A stretch of DNA of 64,000 bases, from the NCBI GenBank assembly GCA_013265495.1, contig MU058636.1, positions 7,518,295 to 7,582,294 of the forward strand, written 5' to 3'. This DNA is from Vicugna vicugna. Lineage: Eukaryota. Made by a program: the position numbers and the translations under genes. Shown here in pieces: positions 1 to 13,500 of this stretch (the stretch's first letter is position 1; each line of letters opens with the position of its first letter). The notes beneath the pieces were generated by a model. That model had not been told where the DNA came from. It was given only the letters and a program-made list of their open reading frames with translations, and did no database searches.

Positions 1-3000
1 TCACTACTCCCCACAATATTTGCCTCTCAATCTGACTTTACAAGTCTGTAACTCTCAGCCGCAAGTCAGAACTCAGATAGGAGATGGTCTGCTCATGAGT
101 TACAGGGAATCACAGGGAATCACACTGGACAACTTGCCTTCCAACGATCTGGGCAAGAAAATAACAAAATTAGAGAAGGAATGGCTTCGTAATTTCAAGA
201 CATCTCCCACATGAATGTACATAGTATCATGTGAAATTATAAGCAAGAAACCAAATTGTGTATAGAGTAGAATCTGAACTTTCTTTAAAGAAAAAAGCAA
301 AAAAATTGGCTAAAACTTTAATAAGTGCCATCTTGTCGATGAGACTGTAGGTCATTTTAATTTATCTTAATATTTTCTCACTTGCTCCCAAATCCTTTAT
401 AATGATCATTCATTAATCTTACAGTGGGGAAAAGCCAATTAAAACATAAATCTCCCATCTGTCCTTTTGTTTCTGTGGCATGTTGTTCATGACATAGTTC
501 AGATTTAAAATTGAATTTTTTAATTTCCATTTAATTTCTGAAACTACCTTCTTTCATTTAATTTAGTTTCGAGGATTTAAACTAATCAGAAAAATCTGCT
601 GCAACATATTGTACTCAGCACCACGAACGCCCTTGAACACTGCAGGTTTGCTTCTCTGCAATAATTGGGCCAGATGCTCTTCATGCCAATCTCCTACTGG
701 CCTATCACCAATTTCTCAATCCATACGACGTATTGATTAGCTCTTCCCTTTATGCACTGGATGGCTGCGGCAATGTCAGAAAGATTTAGGGCAATTTTCC
801 TGACTCACATGGTGAGAAATTTCTAGCAGTATGTCTATTGTTTCCCCACATGATACAAGTTCTTTCAATTGAGAAATGCTCTAAAATTGGCAGATGAGTT
901 TTTGATTCTTATCCCAGTCTTCAATGAAGCAGGTGCTTGAGCTAGAAAACCAGCCCCATGATGAGCACCTTAGAATCTGGTTTTGGTGCAGAGAGCACCC
1001 CCAACACAGACGGTGACACTCCAGCACAGCCCAGGGTGACCAGTCGGCTCCTAAATGGTCATGACCTGTGCTCTGCAAATCACTGGAAGCAATGTGCTTA
1101 GTCCAAAGGGGCAGGTCATGGCAAAATGGTCAAAGGTCCAGTCATTTAATCATTCTATCATTTCTTGAACAAGTATGTAGCAGGCCAGGGCCTAGAGATT
1201 CAGAGGCCAATAGGACACCATCCCTAGCCTCATCCTATAAATTCTGAAAAGGGAGGCAGGCACATCAGCTGTCAACAAGCCAGCAGAATCAAGAATTGTG
1301 GGGCCATCTGGATGGACAGAGGACAGTGAACGGAGCCCCAGGAGAGGGAGTGGTCAGTTCTACATGGGAAGGTCATACATGAGGCCACCTTTGAATTCAT
1401 CTTGAGAAATAATAAGGTTCTTGCTTTGCAGAGCTGTGGTGATAATTCAGTGGGATGGATATAACTCAGTAACTAGCCCATGGCACCAGGGACAGAGAAG
1501 TGTTCAACCAGTGACAGTAATAATAATGTTAATGCTACGTTATTGTAATGGGTTGCCAATAGGTCACCCTTAAGGAATAACTGGTACAACTGAAGAAAAA
1601 AGTGATAAAAAAGAAAGTAATATCTAGGCTACATTCACAACTGATTGACGATAAATGGAAAGATAAGAATATACTCAGTAGCAGTTTAGTCACGGAACAG
1701 ACAATGGAAACAATGCAAATGACCAATTCTATGTCAACAACATTACACAAGTGTCCTGTATTTTTAAGAAAGCCTGGAGTAGGAAAACAGAAGGGAGAAG
1801 ACTAGTAGTTATAGAGGACCTACCATATGTCAAGCCAAGGCCCTTATATATACTTTCTCAATTAATTATCCCACCAATAAAAGTATGCATTTTTATTGCC
1901 ATTTTAAAGAGAAAACTGAGATTCAAAGTTTCATTGACTTGCCAAAGGCCACGTGGCTGACGAGTGATGAAGTCAGGATTTGATCTTATAAGCATCTCCT
2001 TTCAAATTCCATGCTCTTTGCATCATACCGTGACACATTCTCATATGAAAAGACACATTTACAAAGGTAGATATGATTAGTAGTTATTAAAGGAGAATTT
2101 TAAATAGTGAGTTCCCTCAACACATTTAAAATATGGCTGTTTTTCAAAACCAAAAAAACAATTTACCCTCAGCTTTTCAGGTATAAGAACTACCTACCAA
2201 TCATTGAGAGCCTACTGTAGTGCTAAGTTTGTCAGATTGTTTCATTTAATCCTCATGACAACTTATAAAGCAGGCATTATTATTATTCCCATTATACAGA
2301 TGAGAAAATGGAGGAGTACCAGAGAGTTCAACTCCCCAATGGGAAAACAGATTTCATGGTGACCAGGGGTAGAGGACAGACGACCCAAGTCTATCAGTCT
2401 TAAGACTATGTGTTTGAAACTAGTCTATAAAAACTAGTGTTTCTCCTCTATATTATGTCACTGCATACATCTATGCTTAAATTACAACATACGTAAGCAA
2501 ATTTCCTCATTACAAGTAAATTCAAAATACAGGACTTTAAAACTTAAATAATCACTTAAGCTGGGAACTAAGTTTTCCATGCCCAAATGAGAAATTAGAT
2601 CAAGCTAGATTCTTCAGACTGAAATCTGAGCTCAGGCACAGCTGACGTTAAAGTCCAAGTTTTTTTCCATCATTCCAACATGCTCCCTTACAGGCCAAAT
2701 CAGGCTCTCGGTCTCTGCAAAAGCACAAGTCACCACAAGGAGATGATCGCAAAGCCGACAGCCTTGGGAGAGTGCCCCAAGCACCCTGAGCACACCAGAG
2801 GCAGGGCTTCAGGGAACGCAACTTCATTTCAGCAGCGGGTCACTGGGGAACTCAGAATTCATTTTATAGCAAATTAGAATTCAATTTACAGAAAACTGAC
2901 TTTTGCTGGGGCCAATCAAAGCATTAAAATATACACCACTGCAGGCACCTGTAATTCATTACATTGTCGCAGGAGCTCAGGCTGGAAGGAAAAGACTTAA

Positions 3001-3949
3001 CTCTCCCCAATTTGGGGGAATTAATCGTTTCAGAAGGACAGGTGTAGCTTATGAGTCCTGAATAGCAACCCAAAATAGCACATTCCATTCCGTACACTTA
3101 AATTCCCTAAGTATCATAACGATTCTTACCAGACAGCTAAAACTGTCCAGCAACTCAGAGCTCTAGTAAATCATGAGGATGGTTTAACATGTGCTCTGAG
3201 CTTTTGTAGGAAATTTTAATTCTACATTTTAAAACGTAAGCTAAATTATTTGTACCAATTGTTTTTTACACCAGTTGCAAACAAAACTAAAAGGTGTTAC
3301 ATTCACTTTCACAACATAGATAATACACCAAATCACAATAGTAAAAATCTATATACCAAGAATAACAGGTTTAAATATGCTTAAAGAACTTAATTACAGC
3401 CGTCACAGAAGTTTAAATTTTAAAAAAGGAAAAATGCTATTACCAACAGGTACGGAAAATCTCCTTTTCCAGTCCAACCAAATTCTTTCACATCCTAAAT
3501 TCTTCTTTTTCATTCTGAAACCTTTCGTTTTCACATCTTCTATGCTCGTGAATTGCTACAGCCCAGGTCAGATGTGGTAGTAATGGGTCCCACTTTTTTA
3601 ACCGGTGTGGGGAAGAAACAGTCTAAGCTCTCTAAACTCAAGGATGAGCCAAATTATCTTCACTGAAGATTAGAATTAGATATTAGAAATCAAAAGGAAA
3701 AAAAACAAAGACCAGTTTGTGATCTCTGATTGATAAGATTCCTATTGATCATGTTACCATTTCTTGAAATCCAATACCCTCATATACCAATTACCTAAAA
3801 TAAACGGCTGCAGTTATGACTCATTTACAAGCATCTTTCGAGCTTTACGTTTATTGTAGGTGAGGCGATCCAACGATCAAAAGGTATAGAAAAGACGTAG
3901 TAATTGATAAATTTTTTGACAGCTCCTGGGATTTCCTCTATAAGGCAGC

Positions 3950-4500
3950 TGCTTTGGTCAGAATGTTTGTGTCTCCCAAAACCTCATATGTTGAAACCTA
4001 ACCCCCAAGGTGATTATACTGGGGGGGGTACTTTGCAGAGTGATTAGGTCATACGGGGAAGCCCTCATGATGGGATCAGTGCCCTTATAAAAGATACCCA
4101 TTTCATATTCTTTTTCATTATAGGCCATTACAAGGTTTTGAATATAGTTCCCTGTGCGATACAGTAGGATCTTGTTGTTTATTTTATATACAGTGGTTTT
4201 TAGTATATGTAAAAGTGAATCACTATGCTGTACACCAGAAATTAACACAACATTGTAAATCGATTATACTTCAATTTAAAAAAGTGAAAAAAAAAAGAGA
4301 TCCTATGGAAGTCCCTGGCCCCTTCTGCAGTGAGGACACTGCAGAACCAGAAGGAGGGCTCTCATCAGACCAAATGTGCTGGCTCCTTGATACTGGACTT
4401 CCAGCCTACAGGACGGGGAGAAATAAATTTACCTTGTATTTAAGCCCCCAGTCTGTAGTATTCTGTTATTATAGCCCTAGGGAACTAAGACAGCAGCTAT
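3950..4500 (+). mobile_element. MaLR LTR (MLT1A-like), interrupted by an L1 3' fragment
   Basis: gaatgtttgtgtctcccaaaacctcatatgttgaaacc...gggatcagtgcccttataaaag...ggacttccagcc...aataaattt...tagccc...actaagaca are typical MLT1A/MST motifs. Confidence 0.8.
4100..4296. mobile_element. Short L1 3'-end insertion with an inverted 5' segment
   Basis: 4100-4200 is an antisense L1 3' UTR segment. 4205-4296 is the sense terminal segment ending in an A-rich tail. Confidence 0.75.
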
Positions 4501-6966
4501 GAGGCCTGTTCTCAGTCTACATCTAGATCAGTTTCTGAGTACCTTTACTTTAGCTGAGTTACTCCCAGTGTTCTCCTGCTAGGAAGACAGTGAGTTGTTC
4601 GCTCACTCTGGCATGCTAGCGCTGGTGGATCTTACAAAGTGCACAACCTACGTGACATGCCTATAAGCTAAAAATACAACATCCTTGAGTTTGCCCCCTG
4701 CTACTAAAGCACGCTATTACTTTACACAGATCTTCAACGTCAAAGAGCAGATAAGATGGGGAATGCGCGTATATTTTCTACTTAAAGAGCAATCTGGCTT
4801 CTCATGACTATATTTCAGTGGGAAAGGAGGGGAAAATTGGGAAGTGCCTTATCTACAATCTTTACAGTATAAATTGCCTGCTTAGGCACTAGCTGTTCTA
4901 AGACTTGCTGTTGTTTATGTTTCTAAGTCAAGGATTCAGTAATCACAGATGCCGAAGACTAAGCAGTTCAAGACAGCCTGATTAGCTGTTCCAAAAAAGG
5001 ACTCAGAAGATAGGCGAGTGTATCTTTTCAGCAAATCTTGTAACTTTGGGGCTTATTTTAATCGCTTAAAAAATTGTCACACTCCAAACGACCTCTGGGA
5101 GTAGTTGCCGGGCAGGGGGAGTGAATAACCCACAGAAAACTACCAACATCCAGAGTCCGGACTGGGGCAAGAGGGAAAGACTCACACACCCTGCAGAGCC
5201 TCCCTTGAATATGGAGAAAGGGCAAGTGATTTTAACCTTCAGCTAGAAAATGCCCCCTGTCCTTCCAGAGCCCTTAATCAACGCCCAGATAAATAATGCA
5301 TCACTGAAAATAAGACAGAGCAAGTGCCCTGAACTCCCCAGCCACGACAGCAAAAGTGCCTGATCATATGGTGAGCAGAGGCCCCCTGAAGGTGTGAGGA
5401 GGGGGAGGCAAGGTTGCAGCAACCTTTTAACCAGAAGCTTCAAGGCTCTTGGATAAAGAATTGCAGCTTCCTGCAAAATGTCTTCTGTACGGTGCAGCAA
5501 TTACAATATGTTGATTTCCTAATCTCAGCCGAAAAACCTCAGAAAAGCACTGTATAATGAACTCATAGGTTAGGACTTAAAGCAGAGCCAAGAGGCCAAT
5601 AAGCAAAGAAGACAGAGAGGTGGCAGAAACAAGTGAGAGGGGCCTGTGGTCCACACACTCCAGCGCCCATCTCTGGGTACCATATGTAACAGCAGGCACC
5701 CATGGGCTGGCACTGTTCCATTGTTAGAAATCCCAGAGTCACCAGTTACCTTCCCGTGGATACATCTGCAGGCTGCCCGAAGGCAATCTGAAAAGCCATT
5801 GCTGCTGGTATACCTTCCTCTCTACCCATTTATCCAAAGCACTTAAGCTATCAATTATTTAAACAATTCTATTTCCTCAATACAAAAACATTCCCTTTAA
5901 AAGCTTTACTGGGTGTTGCATTTTGGTGCAAGAGTTCAGTTATACTATTTTTAAAAAAAAAGAGGCAGGACAAGTGACCTTTAAGGGTGATGCACTGTGG
6001 ACAGCATGCGAACCTAATGCCACAATGGGCAGGGAAAGATGGTGGCAGCATGGGGTGCCAGCCTACTACGTATGGCAGAGCATCATGGCACAAGAAGGCT
6101 TGGAGGAACCTGGTTTACTCTCAGAGGCTTACCAAGCCCTAGTCATAGCCCCAGCTGTCAAAGAATCCTTCTCACAAATGGCTTATGAGGGCAGATTTCT
6201 CTTTTGAACAGAAACGATTCTAAAGACTGCTGGGGTCCATGAGGAAGGCATCTTTGTCCCTACGGGGAACCCAAGCACGAAGTCTTTATATTCTTTCTAC
6301 TTTATCAGCTCCCCAGAACTGAACTGAATCAGCGCCACACACGCACACAAATCAGTTGAATACAACCGTCAGCTGAATGACTGCAGGGAAAAAACTCATA
6401 GCAGAAAACTTTTAGATGATACTCCTTGGACAAATTACTCACTCGAAAATTCTTTTTTGTACATTTGCATCTCTTTGGTGTTTTAATAGAATCTGCTGTG
6501 GTACAGTGGTTATGAGCACACGCTCTGGACGGAGAGACTAGTTCAGATTCCACCTCTGCCATTTATATCTGTGTAGTCTCAGACTTGTTTTTTTTAATTA
6601 ACAAGTTCTGTGCCTTAATATCTTCATCTGTTAAATGGGGATATAACTGAGCTGTTAGGAGTAAACATGCTAATACATGCAAAGCAATTAGAATAATGCT
6701 TAATAAAACTAATAAAGCTATGACTATTATTATTATAGCTCAAAACTGCTTTTGCACATTTATCATAGTGGTTCCCACAAGCACTCTGTGAAACAGAGGT
6801 GATCATCCTACCCATGTTTTACTGATGAATCTAATGAGGCTCAGTTATTTGCCAAAATAAAAAAAAAAATCTGGCTGAGCCAAGATTTGAATCCTAGTCT
6901 TTTGACATTAAACCTTGGATTCTTTTCCATTACTTTGCATTATTTACATGTAAACCACAGCAAAAA

Positions 6967-7580
6967 TGAAACTGAGCAGGACCCTGCAAGGCCTTCTCAG
7001 GGACAGAAGCCCCCCATCCCCAACCCCTCCACCCCCATCCCCTGGCTCTTGTTTTTAGAAAAGCTTTAGCCTCCCCAAGTTCCAAGGGGCATATTTAATC
7101 AGAGAGGTGAGAAAACGCAGAAACAAAGGAAAACAGTCAAGCAAGACAAAATAATAATAGTTCAGCCATAAAACAAAGTCAAGGACCTTACTTAATAAGG
7201 GCTATACTTAATATCCTGAGCCATGTGTCTGAGCTGCTTTGCAGATACTAAAGCCCCCACCAGGTGGAAGGCGTTAACTGCACACTGACCACCAGCACGG
7301 AGACCCCAGACCGGTTGGAACCAGAAGGCTGAGGATGTTGACTCCTGAAATACCACCCTCTTACCTCACCAACAGCCAATTAGAGGGATGGGCATGAGCT
7401 GATCCCACGCCCTGAGCCCCTGTCCCTCACCTTGCCTTTAAAAACACTTCCCTAAAAGTCATGGGGGAGTTTGGGTCTTTTGAGCATGAGCTGCCCATAC
7501 TTTCCTTCTCTACAACCTGGTGTCGGTAGACTGGCTCTGCTTTGCATCAGGCGATTGGACCTAAGTTTCATTCGGTAACA
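6967..7580 (+). mobile_element. Solo ERV LTR (probably ERV1 class), about 614 bp
   Basis: Starts TGAAACTGAGCAGGACCC and ends TTCGGTAACA (TG...CA), with AAAA on both flanks as a likely 4-bp TSD. TATA-like ctttaaaaa near 7436. Confidence 0.75.
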
Positions 7581-9255
7581 AAAACAGCCATTATAGAATA
7601 TAGACACGCGATATATTCCTGAAAAGAAAAAAACTACTGAGAACAACATAGTGTCTATCCTAGGAATTCATTCTTGGAATAAACAAATGATCACTTGATG
7701 GCAGAATTCAGCTTACGTAATTAAAGCTGATTTTTAGATCCAGTGTATAGCAATCTGGAACCCCAGAATTCTGAAGCAAGGCAGGAGGAGGCAGGTTTAT
7801 CAATATGCATTCTTTGTTGTAAATTTTACTCTTTAGGGAAACAGGTCAACTCTCATCTTGAGAAAAATCACAAAAAAAATGCAGAACCACGAGACAGTTG
7901 ACTAATTCATTACAAAGGGAACCCCTAAAGGGCATCTTAAACATTTAAATGTCAACCTTGCCATCTTATTGTTATAATCCATAAGCCAACAGTGGACTTT
8001 CTGATTGCTAATATATTGATGGCATTCAGGCCACATCCTCTTAGATCTAGAAAACTGGGAGTCTCCTTACTAAGAATCGTTATCCACATAACACTTAGGG
8101 GAAGTTTTATGAGACAAGTAGAGGACTGGCGAGCATAAATGAACAACCGGCAAATCATTCTTTTTTCGTAATAATTTTTGTAATTCAGAGCATTTGAATG
8201 AGTCCTTGGAGGAGGAATTTTTTTCATGACTAACACCCTGTAGTATTTGCATCTATTTCTAATTCATAAAGTTTGAATGTGTTAGCCTTCAAGAACTTGT
8301 ATGAGTCTTCTATTTAATAAGATCAATCTTTTAATCTGTGACTCTAGTTTTGGTTTTTAATATGTACTTTATATACAAATCATTCAAATTACCCCTCAAC
8401 ATAATTTTTAACAAGCATATGACAGGTCCACATTAAAAATTAACTTCAAGCAAAGCTAGTGTGTTAAAAAAAATTGTCACTTAAACAAAAGATACTGGTA
8501 AACTCTGAATGACCAGCAAATTTCATCACAGATGTATCTTTTATTCAGCTCACCATCAGGGTTCTGCCAAATCTTTACAGAGTCCACACAAGACTTCAAG
8601 TTCACCTGAGTAATGCACATTAAAATGTCCACTCACTCAAGTCAACTGAGTATATTCCACTGCTAAAGAAACCTCCCTTTCATTTTAATTCTAAAATTGT
8701 TTTCATGTATAATATTCTAGAGATATGCCTCTCAAAGCCATCCAGATGGAAATATTTCACCCCCTTAGATATGTACTTAAAAATCTATAAAATTTAAATA
8801 AATCTCAGTAGTGAACATTACTGAGACATAAAATTATGAAATACTATTTAGGCCAAAGAAAGGACTTCGATTTTTCTCTATTGGTCAGAGTTCACCTTAA
8901 CACTTCATCCCTGCTCAAGGTGGTAAGACACTGCTATACAACCAAATTGAAAACAGATGGCTGAAAAAGCACCATTATGTTGAGCAATTAATACCTGGAA
9001 AAGTAGAAATCTCTGAGTAATCATTTAAGCTTCAGAGGTCTGTACTCATACTTCATTCCTACGGGTAATCCTGTGCTAATTCTACCCTCGTACTGATGTA
9101 AGGGCAATAGCTATGTATTCATGGACTACATGACCCAACTCCCTCCAAGTCAGTTAACATGTGTGTCTCAGGGCCCCATCACATGCTGCATAAATTCCCC
9201 ATCTCCCAGGTTTCCTGCCCGCGAAGCCCAGGTCATACCACAATCCCGCCCTTAC

Positions 9256-9602
9256 CTGCTTCCCGTCCAGGGTGTACAGGCGCTTCACCACTCCCGAGTC
9301 CAGCTTGATGGCGTCCGTTATATCAGTGAGAACCTGCTCAAAGGAATGAGCAGTCTTCTTGTTCAGCAGAATCCTGACGGCTTTCCGCGGCTTCACTCCA
9401 CTTCTGATGATGGTGACCAGCTTGGGCCGGATGAAATCCTTATTCTCCCGCACCTCCGAAGGGCTCCCTTTGGCAGTGGCCAGTGAGGACACCGCCCGTG
9501 AAGCCGAGGTGGTCTTGACGTTCACCGACCAGTTGGGGTTCACGTTCTTGGTGTACTCCAGCTTCTTGAAGGGCTCTATGGAGCCACACACGTAACTCTC
9601 TC
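9256..9602 (-). CDS. DCLK1: DCLK1 coding exon 3: end of DCX domain 1, linker and most of DCX domain 2
   Basis: Acceptor ttcctctcctccttAG|, donor |GTAAGG, 347 nt. Joins exon 2 in frame: (G)[31 protein letters not shown]...[61 protein letters not shown]. The gene continues past the window start; no further exon seen in 1-9255. Confidence 0.98.
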
Positions 9603-10248
9603 CTAAGGAGGAGAGGAATATATTTAAATTTACACTAAGGTAAACTCATTTCCTTTTTCGTACTCGTTGATTTTTCCTTTTCTACCTAGAAGTGAGAGAT
9701 ACCTGTGACGTCTTAAACAATGGAGGCATGATTAAAAACTAAAAAGAAAGATTTTGATTTTTAATCCAGCTTTGTCAGCAACAGATTTGTATACTGGAGG
9801 GAAAAAAATTAATCATCATTCCTGCCTTTGTTCATCTTCAGATTGGTGACAGAAATACTGCTATTGAACAGCCCTCGGAAAGATACGGAACTGAATTCAA
9901 AATAGAAAGTATTTGGGGGGTTTAGGTATATTTACGTTCGCAGAAAACTTCAAAATCAGAAGTACATTTGCCACCTGAGGTAACTTAAAAACTGAAAATG
10001 GATCCGGAAACAGCTTCTTAAAATACTTGTGTAATTTCTAAGTTTGATGGGAGTGTTTGCTAAACATTTTGTAAAGTCAAGTAAAATCCCAAAAGCAAGC
10101 AGAATAAACCCCCTTCCTTTTCTTCCATCCACACAGGGCCAACCACAGACCCACACGCACGAGGAAGCCAAGTCATACTCATTTATAGAAAAAAGGTTTC
10201 AAGAGTGGTCAGCTTACAAACTTCATGAGCTGACTTTAAAATAAATGT

Positions 10249-10540
10249 AATTATATAAGAGGAATAAGATCTGAGGATCTAATGTTTGGCATAGTGACTG
10301 CAGTTGATAACACTGTACAACTGAAATTCGCTAAGAGAACAGAACTTGAATGCTCTCACCAAATAAAAGGGAAAAATGATAAATATTTGAGATGACAAAT
10401 GTATTAACTAGATAGGGGGAATCCTTCATATATATATACCATATATATGTAAAATCATTTTAAGGTACACTTTAAGTATCTTACAATTTTATTTATCAGT
10501 TATACCCCAATAAAGCTGAAAACAGAAAATAAATATATAA
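10249..10540 (+). mobile_element. L1MA9-like 3' end
   Basis: ctgaggatctaatgt...gtgactgcagttgataacactgt...gctaagaga...ctcacc...aataaagctgaaa; same 3' UTR motifs as the element ending at 38883. Confidence 0.75.
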
Positions 10541-13500
10541 AACTAAATGTTTATTTTAAAAGTGATTCCTTAACAGAGAATCGTTTAATGAAGATAGACT
10601 ATTAAATAGATGTGGACCACATAAAAAAGAAAGTAACATATGTACCAAACGATGACAAATTATAAAATGACTGATACTTCAAAAGTTAGGTCAAAGCATT
10701 TTGAAATTAAAGATTTCATAATGGCTTTTTTTCTTTGCTAGTAAGTCTATAAGCGGGAATAGGCAAAAATGCTAAAAAGCCTTCATAATTGCAGGTAAAG
10801 TGGCCTAGGACTAATCCTAGCCCATTTACTTTTATCTAAATCCTTGTCCTATTTTTAAAGTAATAGTGCAAGCACCCAAGGCCATGGAACAGGTATTCAC
10901 ATAAAAATAAGTGAACCAGGGTTTCAAAAATAGAAAAGCACACTTACACATGTTATCAAATACTCTGCCAATGTTTTCAAAACACGCTCCAATGTGTGTT
11001 CATACGTTACGTCTCACTAGAAGTGGTACAAATAGTACAAATTCTGGAAACCCCCTTTCCATTCACTTAGCAGATTGTTATTGGTTCCAACTATGCTTTT
11101 CTCAAGATGCGTGTGGCTCTTAAAAACACACCCACAGGGCCACAAGAAGAAGGGTGTTTCTGAAGGCTTTGTGGAAAGACAGTGTGAATGTGATGGTGGG
11201 AAGGGAACCGGAACTCTGGGCTCGAGACTTGGCCTCTCAGCATGGGACTCAGTCAAGTCCCCTCATCTTCATGGTGGCCGTTGATTCGCCTGTTGGATGA
11301 AGGCTAATGCCAGTGTTCACTTTCATCTCACCACGTTTTTGTGATGATCAAATTAGATAGCAGAGATCAAGTGATCTCAAATGCAAAATTGCAACACAAG
11401 TGAAAACGATCCGAGGCTGCAATGACCCGGATTGTGCAGGACGTAGGTATTATACTGTAAGGCGTTCATTACTTCTAACTACATGGTTATCAGTAGACAT
11501 AACTTGGGATCCCTCTCAATGAGAGGATGCCCCAAGCATTCCCCCACAAGACATACGGGCCATAATTTTAGCTGGCAAAACCAGTCTTTGTCAGAATTCT
11601 GTGCTAATCGGAGATAGGCAATTGTCTGATTGTTTGTAATTTTATATACTAAGCTAATAATTAGCATCAAAACAAAAACAGGGAGCGGTTTGTGCTTCCA
11701 CAAAGGAAACTTTTTAACTTTAAGAATAAAATAATTTTAAAAAGGAGGAATTTTAAAGTACTCGTGTAACAGTATGGAATGGGTTTGTTGAAAGAGAAAA
11801 TAAACACTCTTTTCCACGTCTCCTTAGACAAAGCACACTGAAAACTTCTGAAAGGATGACAACTTTGAGAGGGTGACGTGGGCTTGGTTCCAGCAACGAC
11901 AAGGAGAGAAAACTTGTGTTTAATCAGTACTGTCACTTTGAGGCTCCTCTTCCTCGTCTGTCAGATTCAAAGACTGGAAGAGAATCCTGGGGAAGAGTGT
12001 GAGGCTCCAAAAAAGATAATGTTGTGTTAAGAGGAAAGTGACAGCTCAAGGGAGAGGAAGGAGCTGGCCACCGAAGCCAAGACCACACACCATGCAGTGC
12101 TGTCATTTAGAATCTATTACATTATTCAGGAATTCAGGAAAAGCCAAGATGGTTTCCGTACGTTAACAAGCTTATTAAGCTGTGCAAATATATTTACATT
12201 CAGTCTATCTGATCCACATTTTGACTCCTTTTATTTCCATCATAATTCTAAACTCCTCCTCATCCCTAGAGATGCAGCCAGTCTTAATGCAGTTATATTA
12301 AAGTTGATTGTGTTTTGTGATTTTTGTAAAAATTTGCTTTTCAATGAATATGTTCATGTCATTGGTAACTGTAAATTAACAAATGTTATGGTTCTGAATG
12401 GGAAAAATACATAGTCTCGATCTGGTCAAATGGCTCTGGATAGTCAGGGTTTAATTTCTTCCTTAGCTGAGCAGAGAGTTAAGAGACAGGTTATATTCTT
12501 GATCAGAGAATCATCAGTAGGTGGCATTCAAGACTGGATGTGAGGCATGTGCTTGAAAGGCCATTTGAAAGTAGCCAGATGAAGTAAAGCTTCTCATTAC
12601 CGTCCTTGCTTCCAATACATGCTAAGCCATCCCAGGGTTTTTTGGTATAATTTCTACTATCACAATGAAATAAAAGTTAATGTACTTACGTCAAGGTATA
12701 TTTGAGCAATATAGCCCAAAACTTGCTTTGAAAGTTTTGGGTTGTTTACTGTGGGTGAAATTAAACAACAATGGCAAGATAGCGAAGATTACAGATGGTT
12801 TAAAGAGAATGATATAAAAATCTATTTAGAGGTGGAACTGGAAATTACTAAAGATAATGACTTGCTGCTTGGTTATCATACTGTCAGCTTTATTCCAGTT
12901 TATCAGAGCCAAAAACTTTGTGTTAGACTGACCCTTAATTTGAAATTTAATACTCTGGGTATCAAAGGCACCCCAACGAATAGCAAGAACTGCAGAAACA
13001 GCACCTGTCTGAATTGCTGTGGGATTTACAAAAGCCAAAACCCCCACTAATATTTGCCGTTAAGCAAAAAGAGAAAGAAAACAGTTTAAACCAAAAAAAG
13101 GTAAGGAAATTGAAGTATGAAATTATGTCTGGATCCAACCAACACCTCCTAAAATATCAGAATAGAGAAATTTTTCCCTAAAAGACCTAGGTATTTTGGG
13201 GGACTTTGGAAAACAGAATAATTTCTGTGTAAGAATATTAGATTATTTTAAAGGTAGTGAAAATTCCCTGTTTTGTTCTCAAAAAACCGCATATACATTT
13301 TTAAATGATCGTACTTGCTGTTATTCTTCAAAGTATGGAAATAAATGTTCTCTAACAAAGTTTACTAGTAAAGAAAATCTGTAAAGTTAATGCCACTTGG
13401 CCATTGGCTCCCATTATGAAATTAGAGGATTTCCACTTAACAGAAAGAAAGTCACTACGGAGAACTTCCAATAACATGGTACCAGCTCCCTGGTTGGCAA

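Noticed and set aside
614..632. RE1-like TCAGCACCACGAACGCCC
   Set aside because: The left half is good but the right half lacks the GGACAG core. The similar motif near 22155 is mis-spaced.
9154..9255. Read-through of DCLK1 exon 3 into the intron ([10 protein letters not shown]...)
   Set aside because: The donor CAG|GTAAGG is strong, the extension is only about 33 codons, and nothing else supports an alternative end.
9121..9595. Plus-strand ORFs of 121 and 78 aa
   Set aside because: Antisense shadows of DCLK1 exon 3.
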